Origin: a virus
Virus record (IMG/VR): IMGVR_UViG_3300045988_119718
Coordinates: 160,001 to 224,000 of that record
Length of the DNA: 64,000 nucleotides
Reading direction: 5' to 3' (one strand)
The notes beneath the pieces are model-generated. The model was not told where the DNA came from and searched no databases. It saw only the letters and a program-made list of their open reading frames with translations. Made by a program: the position numbers and the translations under genes. This document shows positions 47,534 through 57,378 of this stretch, one piece after another (position 1 is the stretch's first letter; each line of letters starts with the position of its first letter).

Positions 47534-48244
47534 ATGAAAAAAAGAAAAGATAAACAAAAAAAATACGATAAGTTATTTAATAATATACCTAGAGACTATA
47601 ATGAACGATTAGAATGGTTATCTAATAATCTTCATTTAAATTCTATGAAGATGGATACTATTGTAGGTAAATATAATACTATGAAAGAAAGATTATATTT
47701 TAAAAGATTCTTTATAGTATTATATGAAATTCCAGAGGGTTCTCCTAGACCTAGATTTAGATTAGTAAATAGAAAGAATCTAAGGAATATGGCTATTGCT
47801 AATCCTAATTTTATCCATGTATATTCTCCAGTAGGAGCTGAAGATAATAAGTACATGAAGCGTTTACTTACTAAAGATGAATTTAAAGAATTTAGCAATT
47901 TAATTTATACACCTTGTATTGTAGATTATAAAGCTTTTTTTAAAACTCCATCTAGCTTTAATTCTGTAGAAAAATATTTAGCAGAATTAGGAGTATACAC
48001 TCCTATTAGTAAACCAGATTGGGATAATATTGGTAAGAAGTATTGTGATATGACTAATGAGAATCTATGGGTAGATGATAGATTAGTAATTCAAGGAACT
48101 GTAGAGAAATTATATTCTGTACTTCCTAGAGTAGAAATTACCATAGATTTTTTAAACATGCTACAAAATAGGCATCAAGCAGAATCAATAAGAAAAATAT
48201 ATAAAGATGATATTAGGTATTTCGATGATGGGAGAGACGAATAA
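47534..48244 (+). CDS. rusA: RusA-like Holliday-junction resolvase family protein
   Basis: EIPEGSPRPRFRL (RusA P..PRPR block) and KPDWDNIGKKYCDMTNENLWVDDRLV (RusA DxDN..K...D......DD..V catalytic block). Confidence 0.55.
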   Translation: MKKRKDKQKKYDKLFNNIPRDYNERLEWLSNNLHLNSMKMDTIVGKYNTMKERLYFKRFFIVLYEIPEGSPRPRFRLVNRKNLRNMAIANPNFIHVYSPVGAEDNKYMKRLLTKDEFKEFSNLIYTPCIVDYKAFFKTPSSFNSVEKYLAELGVYTPISKPDWDNIGKKYCDMTNENLWVDDRLVIQGTVEKLYSVLPRVEITIDFLNMLQNRHQAESIRKIYKDDIRYFDDGRDE

Positions 48245-48646
48245 ATGTATAATAACACCATAATAGAAAACGGTAATGAGCTTAAAAAATGTTTAGCAGA
48301 AAAAAATAAATTAAAACAAATTCATTTTTTTAATGATAATCATCTAAATCATTTATTTGAAATTTTGGAATTTCATAATCAATTAAAGAGTTATCTTAGT
48401 ACTCTAACTATTAATGAGAACTATATAAAAGCTACTTTTAGAAAAACATATTTTAAAAAATTTAATTTTAGTTTCGATTCTATGATGTTTTACAATATGA
48501 TTAATGAAAGTTTGTTAATTTTATTGCAAGAAGAAAGTGATAATTTAAAATTTACTGAAGAAGAAATGAATACTATTTATAGTAATATTTCAAATCTATA
48601 TACTATAACAAGACCTAATGAAAATACAATTATAATTACATTTTAA
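48245..48646 (+). CDS. Hypothetical protein
   Basis: 133-aa ORF abutting the rusA-like stop codon. Confidence 0.4.
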   Translation: MYNNTIIENGNELKKCLAEKNKLKQIHFFNDNHLNHLFEILEFHNQLKSYLSTLTINENYIKATFRKTYFKKFNFSFDSMMFYNMINESLLILLQEESDNLKFTEEEMNTIYSNISNLYTITRPNENTIIITF

Positions 48647-48649
48647 AAA

Positions 48650-48690
48650 TATAGAGTAGAGCTATATAGCTCTACTCTAATAAAGGTTAT
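48650..48690. terminator. Bidirectional terminator between convergent genes
   Basis: AGAGTAGAGCTATATAGCTCTACTCT perfect palindrome followed by TTATTTTTGTTTT. Confidence 0.6.
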
Positions 48691-49601
48691 TTTTGTTTTA
48701 ATGAAGCAATATAAGCATCTGCTAATTTATTTGCATCTAAGAATCCAAATACGTTGCATTCTTCTAATACCGTATAAATAGCAGCAGTATCATCAATAAT
48801 AGCATCCATATTTAATCCAGAAGATTCATTCATATATCTAGATTGTAAATTTGGATTAATCATAGCAGCACTAGTTAAAGCTTCTACCATAGATTCAAAT
48901 AAAGATTTTTGAGATTCTCTAATTTCTAATACTTGTCTACTAGCAGATTCCTCAACTCTCCGTTTAGCCTCATCACTAAATTTAGGATTAGCTGCAAACG
49001 ATTTAGCTTTTTGATAGATATCTTTAATCTTTTCAATCTTAGCATTTCTATTATCAATAAAATTAGTAGTAGCTTTTTCTACTCTATCTGCAATAGTATC
49101 ATTAATCTTAGATGGAGTAAATTTGCTAATAGTATCATTAAATTTATCAACAATACCTTCATGAGCAAGAGTAGTAGAGTCTTCTCTAATACCTTGAACA
49201 CCATTTAATTCATAATTTAGACTACGAAGTTCTTTAGCATAATCTTCCATGATAGAAGCATATGTGTATTCAATAACACTAGTTTCTTCACTATTAGTAC
49301 TTAATGCTTTATAATGAGATTTATTTACCTCATCAGTAGATTTATCAATAATGGATTGAATAAAGTTAGCACCAGTATTTTTAGATTTTTGGTCTAATCT
49401 AAGTTTATTAGCAATTTTAATAAAGTTATTATATAATGCTTCTTTCATAAGTTCATCATATGCACTTACATCTTTAGCAGATTTAACTACTGGTTCTGGA
49501 CTAGAAACCATAGAATTGGCATTGTAGTCATTACCCATAATATAAGCATTATTTTGTTTATTGATTTTTTTCATTAAATTTATTGTATCATTAATATTCA
49601 T
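48687..49601 (-). CDS. Hypothetical protein
   Basis: Start trimmed to MNINDT, which is preceded by GGTGGTGAAAGC. Confidence 0.45.
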   Translation of the reverse strand: MNINDTINLMKKINKQNNAYIMGNDYNANSMVSSPEPVVKSAKDVSAYDELMKEALYNNFIKIANKLRLDQKSKNTGANFIQSIIDKSTDEVNKSHYKALSTNSEETSVIEYTYASIMEDYAKELRSLNYELNGVQGIREDSTTLAHEGIVDKFNDTISKFTPSKINDTIADRVEKATTNFIDNRNAKIEKIKDIYQKAKSFAANPKFSDEAKRRVEESASRQVLEIRESQKSLFESMVEALTSAAMINPNLQSRYMNESSGLNMDAIIDDTAAIYTVLEECNVFGFLDANKLADAYIASLKQK

Positions 49602-49620
49602 GCTTTCACCACCAATTCTA

Positions 49621-50694
49621 TTAGAATAAAGAATCATGATAATTTGGTTCATCTACTTCACCTTTAGATAAAGTAGTAACCTTATCTTCAGCTGTTTTCT
49701 TTAATGCTTTCTTTTCAGCTGGTACATATTCTACTGCTAACATATTAGCAATTTTACCCATTCTATTAGCCCATTCTAATTGGGATTTAGCTATTTCTTG
49801 GTAATCTTTATCACTAGTACTCTTTAAAGATTTAAGTCTTAAAGCATTAGCTTCCAGTAAATCATGTTGAATAGCAAACCAATCAGATAAATGAGTTCTA
49901 AATGAGAAGAAGAGATATGCTAAGTCTCTAAGTATAGGAAGAATAGCATTAATAATAATAAAGAATACCCCACCAATAATAGCAGCAGGAATAAAGATAG
50001 CCATCTTACCTACAGATTTAGCAGTATCAACAAAGTCTTCATTATAATTATTAATTTCTACAGCTTCAAACTTAACACCTTGCATTTTATTATTATTCAA
50101 TACTTTAAATGCTTTTTCAATCTGACCTTTATCACAAGCAGTATTGAATGCTATTAAGTTCTTATGTACTAAATAGAATTTAGATTTATATTGCTGAAGA
50201 TTATTAATTTCTAATGATACCGTAGAGTTAGGATTCTTAAAGAATTCTACACATACAGTAGTCATAAATCCAATATCAGAAATAAGTGCTAATACAATAC
50301 TATCATAGAAATATTTAATCATTTCTACATTATGTTTAAACCCATCTGTAAATACTGGTTTAAGCTTGATAATATTATATAAAGCTTTATCCATTTCATT
50401 TACTTCATCAATACCAGAGTTAGATTCTCTAGCAATTTGGGTTAATACTTCAATGGAATCTTTAATCTGCTTATACTGTTTTAATTTAGTAATATCACCT
50501 TTAGAAACCTCTATTTCTTTAAAATCTGTATTTTCTAATTTATCAACAATCATTCTATAAAGCTTATTAGCAAGAATAACTATACCATTCTTCTGCTCAG
50601 CTTCAGTAAAAGAAGCTACAGTTCTAAATGTAACTAAATTAGAAAAATCTAACGATTCAGAATATATCTGTTCTATTTCTTTGGTAATAAACAT
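49621..50694 (-). CDS. Hypothetical protein with one TM segment
   Basis: 357 aa; MAIFIPAAIIGGVFFIIINAILPIL is hydrophobic. Confidence 0.45.
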   Translation of the reverse strand: MFITKEIEQIYSESLDFSNLVTFRTVASFTEAEQKNGIVILANKLYRMIVDKLENTDFKEIEVSKGDITKLKQYKQIKDSIEVLTQIARESNSGIDEVNEMDKALYNIIKLKPVFTDGFKHNVEMIKYFYDSIVLALISDIGFMTTVCVEFFKNPNSTVSLEINNLQQYKSKFYLVHKNLIAFNTACDKGQIEKAFKVLNNNKMQGVKFEAVEINNYNEDFVDTAKSVGKMAIFIPAAIIGGVFFIIINAILPILRDLAYLFFSFRTHLSDWFAIQHDLLEANALRLKSLKSTSDKDYQEIAKSQLEWANRMGKIANMLAVEYVPAEKKALKKTAEDKVTTLSKGEVDEPNYHDSLF

Positions 50695-50709
50695 GCTTTA
50701 TCTCCTTTC

Positions 50710-51918
50710 TTATTTACCTGCTAAAAGATTGATTACCTTTTTATACTGGTTTTTATCTTCGCGCTCAAGGGAAGAATAAGAAAGCGTTTCAAAAGATAAA
50801 TCATTATCATCAAATAACATCTGTACTTTTTCAGTTACATCATTAGCAATAATGAATCCCATAGCACTATAATCAGTCATAATATTAATAAGTTTACCAG
50901 TATTTCTTTGATTAAAGTTATGCTCTTTTTTAAGAATATCCATAGTATCTTGAGATACTAATAAAGTTGCTATAGCAGTACCAGCACCATTATTATTATT
51001 AAAGAAGCTATTAGTTCTACTTACATTAGCTCTTCTTTCCAATAATTTCCAAATAGGAGAAGACTTAGCAGATTTAGAGAAGATATCTAATTTAGCTCTA
51101 TCTAATGCAAACATGAAATCTTTAAACATAGAAATTTCACCGGTAGTAGCTTTTAAGAACTCAAACAATCTATTTTGATCTCCAGATTTAAGAATAATTC
51201 TTTCAATCATATCTGCCTGATTTACATAAATAAGTTTTACTTTAACACCAATTACAGCAGTACCATCAACTTTATCATTATCACCTGATCTAAATTTAAT
51301 CACCATTATTGATGGAACAGCTTCATTTGCTTTTTTAATTTCTGGCTGATCCAGTTTAGTATCGAATAAGGTTTCATCTTTTTTCTTATTAGTATTACCA
51401 TCTTTATCTAACGGTGGATTTATCCTATTAACAAGAGTCGCACGATCTTCTTTTATAATTCTAACTAAATCATTATTAATTTCATTAAAGTCTAAATTCA
51501 CTGATTCTTTATATGGCATACTATCCATTTTATTAATATATGATAATACATCATCAGATGTAATGTTTTTATGAATTTTACTTACGAAATCAAATGCATT
51601 TTTGTTATTAGTAACACTAATAGCTGAGAATAGCATTTGAAGCATTAATACAATTTTCTTTTCTACTGCTTTAGAAATCATACTAGCAGTTTCAATAGAT
51701 ACAGAATCGTCAACGATCATTGGAAATGTAAGAATTAAATTTGAAGTAGCTCTAGAAATATTTCTAAAGTATTTACTTGAACCTACTCTATCATTTATCA
51801 TTTTGCCAATAAATGATGTAGAATTACTAGGATTAATAATTCCATCCACATTATCTGAAAGAATTTCAACAATATCACGTAAAACTCCTTCTTGCATTGC
51901 AGAACTACGTTTTATCAT
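50710..51918 (-). CDS. Hypothetical protein (402 aa)
   Basis: ORF with AGGAGG RBS (rc of 51919-51930). Confidence 0.5.
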   Translation of the reverse strand: MIKRSSAMQEGVLRDIVEILSDNVDGIINPSNSTSFIGKMINDRVGSSKYFRNISRATSNLILTFPMIVDDSVSIETASMISKAVEKKIVLMLQMLFSAISVTNNKNAFDFVSKIHKNITSDDVLSYINKMDSMPYKESVNLDFNEINNDLVRIIKEDRATLVNRINPPLDKDGNTNKKKDETLFDTKLDQPEIKKANEAVPSIMVIKFRSGDNDKVDGTAVIGVKVKLIYVNQADMIERIILKSGDQNRLFEFLKATTGEISMFKDFMFALDRAKLDIFSKSAKSSPIWKLLERRANVSRTNSFFNNNNGAGTAIATLLVSQDTMDILKKEHNFNQRNTGKLINIMTDYSAMGFIIANDVTEKVQMLFDDNDLSFETLSYSSLEREDKNQYKKVINLLAGK

Positions 51919-51993
51919 TTATGCCTCCTATATTATAAAAAATAAATTATTAAAATGTTTTTAGCAAAAAAATAATCTTTTATCCCTTCCTTA

Positions 51994-52033
51994 TAGTTAT
52001 TTAATCTAATGTGATTATGATTAAATAACTATA
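51994..52033. promoter_or_regulatory. 14-bp perfect inverted repeat ATAGTTATTTAATC / GATTAAATAACTAT with 12-nt spacer
   Basis: Lies between two same-strand genes, upstream of 50710..51918. Confidence 0.4.
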
Positions 52034-52100
52034 GATTTAGCTTGGTTACGCACTATACAGCCGAAGGATTTATATATCTTAAAGTATTTTATTTGTGGTT

Positions 52101-52376
52101 TCATTTATTGATTTTTCTATTGCGGTTACGTTTAATAGCTGGTTTATAATTGCTATTATTGGAACTAATCATAATGACAGTTCTAAGCTGTCCTTCAATA
52201 TTACTTACTTTATTGGATAAACGGTCATACTTATGGGTAAGACTATTAATATCTCCAACTAATTCGTTAATTTTATCAATAACTTCAGATAATGACTGTC
52301 TAAAAGTTTGCCATTCTTCCTCTTTTCTATTGCGTTCATCTACTGCATTTTCCCAATTAAATTTATCAATAAGCAT
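52101..52376 (-). CDS. Small coiled-coil protein (91 aa)
   Basis: ORF; heptad-like sequence, basic C-terminus. Confidence 0.4.
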   Translation of the reverse strand: MLIDKFNWENAVDERNRKEEEWQTFRQSLSEVIDKINELVGDINSLTHKYDRLSNKVSNIEGQLRTVIMISSNNSNYKPAIKRNRNRKINK

Positions 52377-52490
52377 AAATAATAATCTCCTTTAAAATTA
52401 TATTAACTTATTTTACTAAGTCATAAATATAATATACAATTAAAATTTATTTAAAGACATTTTAGTAAAGTTAAGGAGGGGTTAAAGATA

Positions 52491-53753
52491 ATGGATATAC
52501 AAGACGTTATTAATATGAGTAAGAAAACAACTGTTACCAATAACTCTCAATACGATGGAGATAATAAAATACAAGGTACTGATGATGTACGTGATAAATT
52601 AATACGAGATACTTTAGATAGAATGAAATACCCTGCAACCAAAGTTATAGTAGATGCTGCTGCTGATGCAGCAGATCAAGCTCAATTTGGTGTTACTTCT
52701 AGAGGGACTTCAGATAAAGATAATTTACACGATTTATTAAATGCCAATGGTATATTTAGACCAGAAGATTATGATGATTACAATAGCTTTTATGTGTTTC
52801 CTAGAAATGATCCATATAAAATGCTTGGCGGTACTAGAGAATATATATTTATAACTAAACCAGATCTTCATATATTCGGTGCTAGAGGTAAAAATAATGG
52901 TGTTCCAGATTATAATAGAGAAACACCATTGACCAATAATTATGATTTAAATCCTGAATTAAGATCTGTTCCATTTTTCTTGGATTTATATAATAGAGGC
53001 TATAGATCAGTACTTACTAGTTTACAAAAATCTGCACTTCCTTTAGACGGAGAGGTTAGATCTCCATTTGTAAACATACTGTCTAATTATAAAACGTCTA
53101 ATCTTGATTTATCGGATATTACTGTAGGGGAAGAAGAAACAGCTTCAAATATCTATGCTACTAAAATATTTTATAGAAAACCTTCTGATAGTGCGGATGA
53201 AGATAATGAATTTAGTATAGAATTTAAAGATAATAAGTACTTAAGTTGTTATCTATGGTTTAAAGCATATGATTTGTATGAACAACAGAAATACCATGGT
53301 ATGGTTACTCCTACAGATATAAACTATATTGTTTATAAGATACTTTCTGATCAAATGACAGTATTTAAATTTATTGTAGGAGAAGATGGAGAAACTTTGA
53401 TATATTGGGCATGCTTATGGGGTTGCTACCCTAAGTCTGTACCTAGATCTACATTTTCTGATTTACCTACAGATGGTAATTTAAAGTTTACTGTAAATTG
53501 GAAAGCTACCTTCCAACAAGACATGGATCCTATGATATTAACCCATTTTGATAATTTATGCAAAGAAGCTATAGCTGCTAACCAAGGTCAGTTTGTTGAA
53601 ATGAATTTATATGATAGTAATATAGGTGCAATAACTGGTAGAAAAGCTACTATACCTGGAATATTAAAAACTCAATCTAGAGTATCTAGTGATGGGTATG
53701 ACTTTAAACCTAAGTATGATTACTTACTTAAATGGTATTATTTAGATGAATAA
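52491..53753 (+). CDS. Hypothetical structural protein (420 aa)
   Basis: RBS AAGGAGGGG; first gene of a rightward block. Confidence 0.5.
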   Translation: MDIQDVINMSKKTTVTNNSQYDGDNKIQGTDDVRDKLIRDTLDRMKYPATKVIVDAAADAADQAQFGVTSRGTSDKDNLHDLLNANGIFRPEDYDDYNSFYVFPRNDPYKMLGGTREYIFITKPDLHIFGARGKNNGVPDYNRETPLTNNYDLNPELRSVPFFLDLYNRGYRSVLTSLQKSALPLDGEVRSPFVNILSNYKTSNLDLSDITVGEEETASNIYATKIFYRKPSDSADEDNEFSIEFKDNKYLSCYLWFKAYDLYEQQKYHGMVTPTDINYIVYKILSDQMTVFKFIVGEDGETLIYWACLWGCYPKSVPRSTFSDLPTDGNLKFTVNWKATFQQDMDPMILTHFDNLCKEAIAANQGQFVEMNLYDSNIGAITGRKATIPGILKTQSRVSSDGYDFKPKYDYLLKWYYLDE

Positions 53754-53770
53754 GAAAGGAGAAGTGAGAA

Positions 53771-56650
53771 ATGTCTGAATCATTAATAAATATTAACCCT
53801 AATGATTTACAAGATCCAAAGGATTCTTTAACTATACAAGAAGAGACTCAATCTCCTCTTACTAGTAATATATATGAAATAGCTTCTTATGTAGACACAT
53901 TAAAAAATAAGTATTTTGATGGTATTCCTACTGATACTTTAGCTATGGGTTTGTTTGGCTATATATCAGAATTAGGAACAAACATACTTGAAAATACTGC
54001 TATAATGTCTGCTGAGTATGCTAATGAAGCAGTGCCTACTCAAGCTAAATTTGAACGAAATGTATTATGTCATGCATTATCTTTAGGTATTAATAAGATT
54101 AGAGCTACACCAGCTAAAATGACTATCAATATTGCTATACCAGAAGATAGATTAATCGAAAACATGGTAGATAATGAATTTATTTTAGATAAGAGTATTG
54201 ATATTAATATAGGTGTAACTAATGGTTCTTATACATATCACTTAGATCATGATATAAAAATTAGAAGAAACAAACTCCCTAATGGTAAATGGATATATAC
54301 AGCTATGTATTTAATGTATACTCATTATGATATGGGTGATGTAAATACTAATGAAATATCTGATATTACTAATCCATATTTACCAGCTATAGGAACTATT
54401 AGTATTAGTAATACTAATATGATTGTTTTAACTACAAATATTAGGCAAACTAATCATTATGAAATTTATGAAAAAATATTAGTAGATAATCCATTAGAAA
54501 ATAAATCATTATCATTTACTTTTACAGACCAATTAGCATATTTCTATGTAGAAGTAGTAGAGCATACTACAGGTGGAGATGTAACTCATTATTTACAATG
54601 CTTATATGATGGATTATATAATACCGGTAGTGATTGGGAATACTGTAATTATCAATATATTGATGAATCTACAATTAGAATTGTATTTAATAGAGACTCA
54701 TATCAGCCTAGAGAAAACGCTGATGTAACTGTACATGTATTTACTACTAAAGGTAGTGAATGTAATTTCACATATAATAAGAACACAGTTTATGATTTAA
54801 CTTCTAGTAGATATTCATATAATAATATCTATATGGTAGTTATACCACAATCTAATTCAGAATATGGGGTAGATAAAAAATCAGTAGATGAATTAAAAGA
54901 AATGATTCCTAAGCAAATGCTTATGAGAAATAGTATAACCACATATACTGATTTAAATAATTTCTTTAACTCATTAAACACTGATAATATTAGATTGTAC
55001 TTTTTACAGAAGATTCATAACCAGATTCAAAGAATATTCTTTTGCTATATGCTATTGAAGGATGAGAATAATAATAATATTATTCCTACAAATACTTTAG
55101 ATGTAAAAGTAACAAGAGATATGTTTAGTAATATTAATAGAATAAATTATGTTCTACCAGCTGGTTCTTTATTCTATTTAGAGAATGGTGGTACTGAAGC
55201 TACTGGTTTACCATTAGGAAGCTCAGCTAATAATGAAGATTTAAAAGCTAAAGAGAATAATGGATTCTTATATATCAATCCATTTTTAACGGTTATAAAC
55301 AAAGAACCATTTGTATTAAATTATTATTTAAATATATTAAACTATTCTAAACTTGCTGATTTTGATTACATCAATGATGAATCAGAATTACAATTTATTT
55401 GTACTAGTACTACATCTAGCCCTATAGTAGTAGAGAAACCATTCTATCCAGAAACTGAGAGAGACTACTATACAATCAGCACTTTATTTACACAAAATAT
55501 TTCTACTGATTTTGATTTGGTTAGTACTGATGAGAATGGTCATATTATAAAGAATAATCTTAGAGTTATAGGTGTATTCTATAATAAAGATGAAGATGGT
55601 AATTATCAGCCATTTAGATACACCGAAGCAGAATTAGATGATGCTGATTATAGCTCAGTAGATTATTCATATAATTATAAATTTAGGCTTCATACTAATA
55701 ATATTATAAACAAAGATATTAAACTTTGTATAGATGATGGAATATATTATGTAGGAACTAGAACTAAAGCTATTACATATTTGCCTAATAATGTAAGATT
55801 TAAAATATTTATATTAGCTAAATTTGACCAGCAATATGGTTCTCTTAAAGCTAATAATAATGATGAAGATGATATTTCATATATAGTACCAGGATTATAT
55901 GAAGAAAAATACACATTGTGTAATATTTATGAAGTTAAGACTGGTTTAGATATGTTTATCGACTACACCAATATAATGGAATCTTATGCTAATTTATCTA
56001 GTGCTTCTAACGGAGATTTAGATTTCCATATAAAGAGAATGCCATTAGTTAGATACAGCTATTTCTGGAATTTTGGTATAGACCCAACTGAAGATTATTC
56101 TGACGGAATACAACCATACGGTATGAGAGATAGAGTAGATACGTTTATTCAATCTATTGATTATAGAAGAATTTATATTCAATCTGCATTATTATTACTT
56201 GAAGATAGTTTCGGTATTGATATGAAATTCTTTAATACATATGGGCCATCTAGGTTATACAATGTAGGATATGAAAAAGTTTCTATGCCAATAGATAGAA
56301 TTAATATATCTCTTAAATTTGAAGTTAAATATCAAACTTCAGCTGATAAGAATTGTGAAAATGATATTATAAATTATATTAAGACTTATATGGAAAATAT
56401 GAATTATATATCAGACTTGCATATACCAAATCTTATTACAGCAATAAAGAATAAGTTCTATAAACAAATAGTTTATATTAAATTCATTGGATTGAATGAT
56501 TATGGGTATATCTATCAAAGTATATATAAGAATAATGAAAACGATGATTATCTATACTCTACTACAGTTCCAGAATTTATTAATATAAATATAGCCAAAG
56601 ATTCTATAGGCAATGATATACCAGATATTCAAATAGAAGGAGTAGAATAA
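53771..56650 (+). CDS. Hypothetical structural protein (959 aa)
   Basis: RBS GAAAGGAGAAG; long ORF. Confidence 0.5.
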   Translation: MSESLININPNDLQDPKDSLTIQEETQSPLTSNIYEIASYVDTLKNKYFDGIPTDTLAMGLFGYISELGTNILENTAIMSAEYANEAVPTQAKFERNVLCHALSLGINKIRATPAKMTINIAIPEDRLIENMVDNEFILDKSIDINIGVTNGSYTYHLDHDIKIRRNKLPNGKWIYTAMYLMYTHYDMGDVNTNEISDITNPYLPAIGTISISNTNMIVLTTNIRQTNHYEIYEKILVDNPLENKSLSFTFTDQLAYFYVEVVEHTTGGDVTHYLQCLYDGLYNTGSDWEYCNYQYIDESTIRIVFNRDSYQPRENADVTVHVFTTKGSECNFTYNKNTVYDLTSSRYSYNNIYMVVIPQSNSEYGVDKKSVDELKEMIPKQMLMRNSITTYTDLNNFFNSLNTDNIRLYFLQKIHNQIQRIFFCYMLLKDENNNNIIPTNTLDVKVTRDMFSNINRINYVLPAGSLFYLENGGTEATGLPLGSSANNEDLKAKENNGFLYINPFLTVINKEPFVLNYYLNILNYSKLADFDYINDESELQFICTSTTSSPIVVEKPFYPETERDYYTISTLFTQNISTDFDLVSTDENGHIIKNNLRVIGVFYNKDEDGNYQPFRYTEAELDDADYSSVDYSYNYKFRLHTNNIINKDIKLCIDDGIYYVGTRTKAITYLPNNVRFKIFILAKFDQQYGSLKANNNDEDDISYIVPGLYEEKYTLCNIYEVKTGLDMFIDYTNIMESYANLSSASNGDLDFHIKRMPLVRYSYFWNFGIDPTEDYSDGIQPYGMRDRVDTFIQSIDYRRIYIQSALLLLEDSFGIDMKFFNTYGPSRLYNVGYEKVSMPIDRINISLKFEVKYQTSADKNCENDIINYIKTYMENMNYISDLHIPNLITAIKNKFYKQIVYIKFIGLNDYGYIYQSIYKNNENDDYLYSTTVPEFININIAKDSIGNDIPDIQIEGVE

Positions 56651-56885
56651 AATGAAACAAGTTTCAATAGTAGAAAATTATATTTTAACAGAAAATTTTA
56701 TTATAATACATTTTTAGAAAGTAGTGAAGAGATTGAAGGAATCGATGAAGCTTCAGTACTCGATGGGATTATTAGTAAGATTAAATCAATTCCTAAAGGA
56801 ACTAAACTCGAAATTAAAAAGAGAACTCCAGAAGAACAAAAGAAGTTCAAAGAAACCAAGCAATATAAAAACTTAAAAGCTAAGC

Positions 56886-57281
56886 TTGAAAAAAAGAGCA
56901 GCTAAAACTATTGCTAAAGAATCTAAATCAAAAGAATTTAACCTGAATGACCCAGAAGCAATGAAGAAGCATAAATTATTCATGCTAGTATCGGGGTTTT
57001 TAGAACTTATAGCTGTATTTTATTGTGTTTTAGCTTTACCTCCTGTTAGTGGACTTATAGGGTTACTTGGTATTTTAGCATATCAAGCATTAAGATCTAC
57101 TGAAACATTTAGTAAATTTTTGGATGCATGTAATGCACTTGTAAAATCTAAAACTCCATCAATATGGGAATGGTTAAACAAAGTAGAAAAAAATATTTTA
57201 GAAGCTGCTAAGAACGCTGCTAAGAATGAAAATGAAATCTCTGGTAAAGATGAGTCGTATACATTCGTATTAGATTACTAA
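56886..57281 (+). CDS. Small membrane protein (2 TM), start uncertain
   Basis: LFMLVSGFLELIAVFYCVLALPPVSGLIGLLGILAYQAL. The listed TTG start has no RBS and lies inside an A7 run. The upstream 235 nt contain only short overlapping frames. Confidence 0.4.
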   Translation: MKKRAAKTIAKESKSKEFNLNDPEAMKKHKLFMLVSGFLELIAVFYCVLALPPVSGLIGLLGILAYQALRSTETFSKFLDACNALVKSKTPSIWEWLNKVEKNILEAAKNAAKNENEISGKDESYTFVLDY

Positions 57282-57289
57282 TATACATA

Positions 57290-57322
57290 TAGAAAGGGTA
57301 GTGTATACTACCCTTTCTATAT
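57290..57322 (+). terminator. Intrinsic terminator
   Basis: GAAAGGGTAGTGTATACTACCCTTTC followed by TATATTATTG. Confidence 0.55.
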
Positions 57323-57378
57323 TATTGATTAATAAAACATTAATATAATATTTTATTTATTTGAAAGGAGATATAAAT

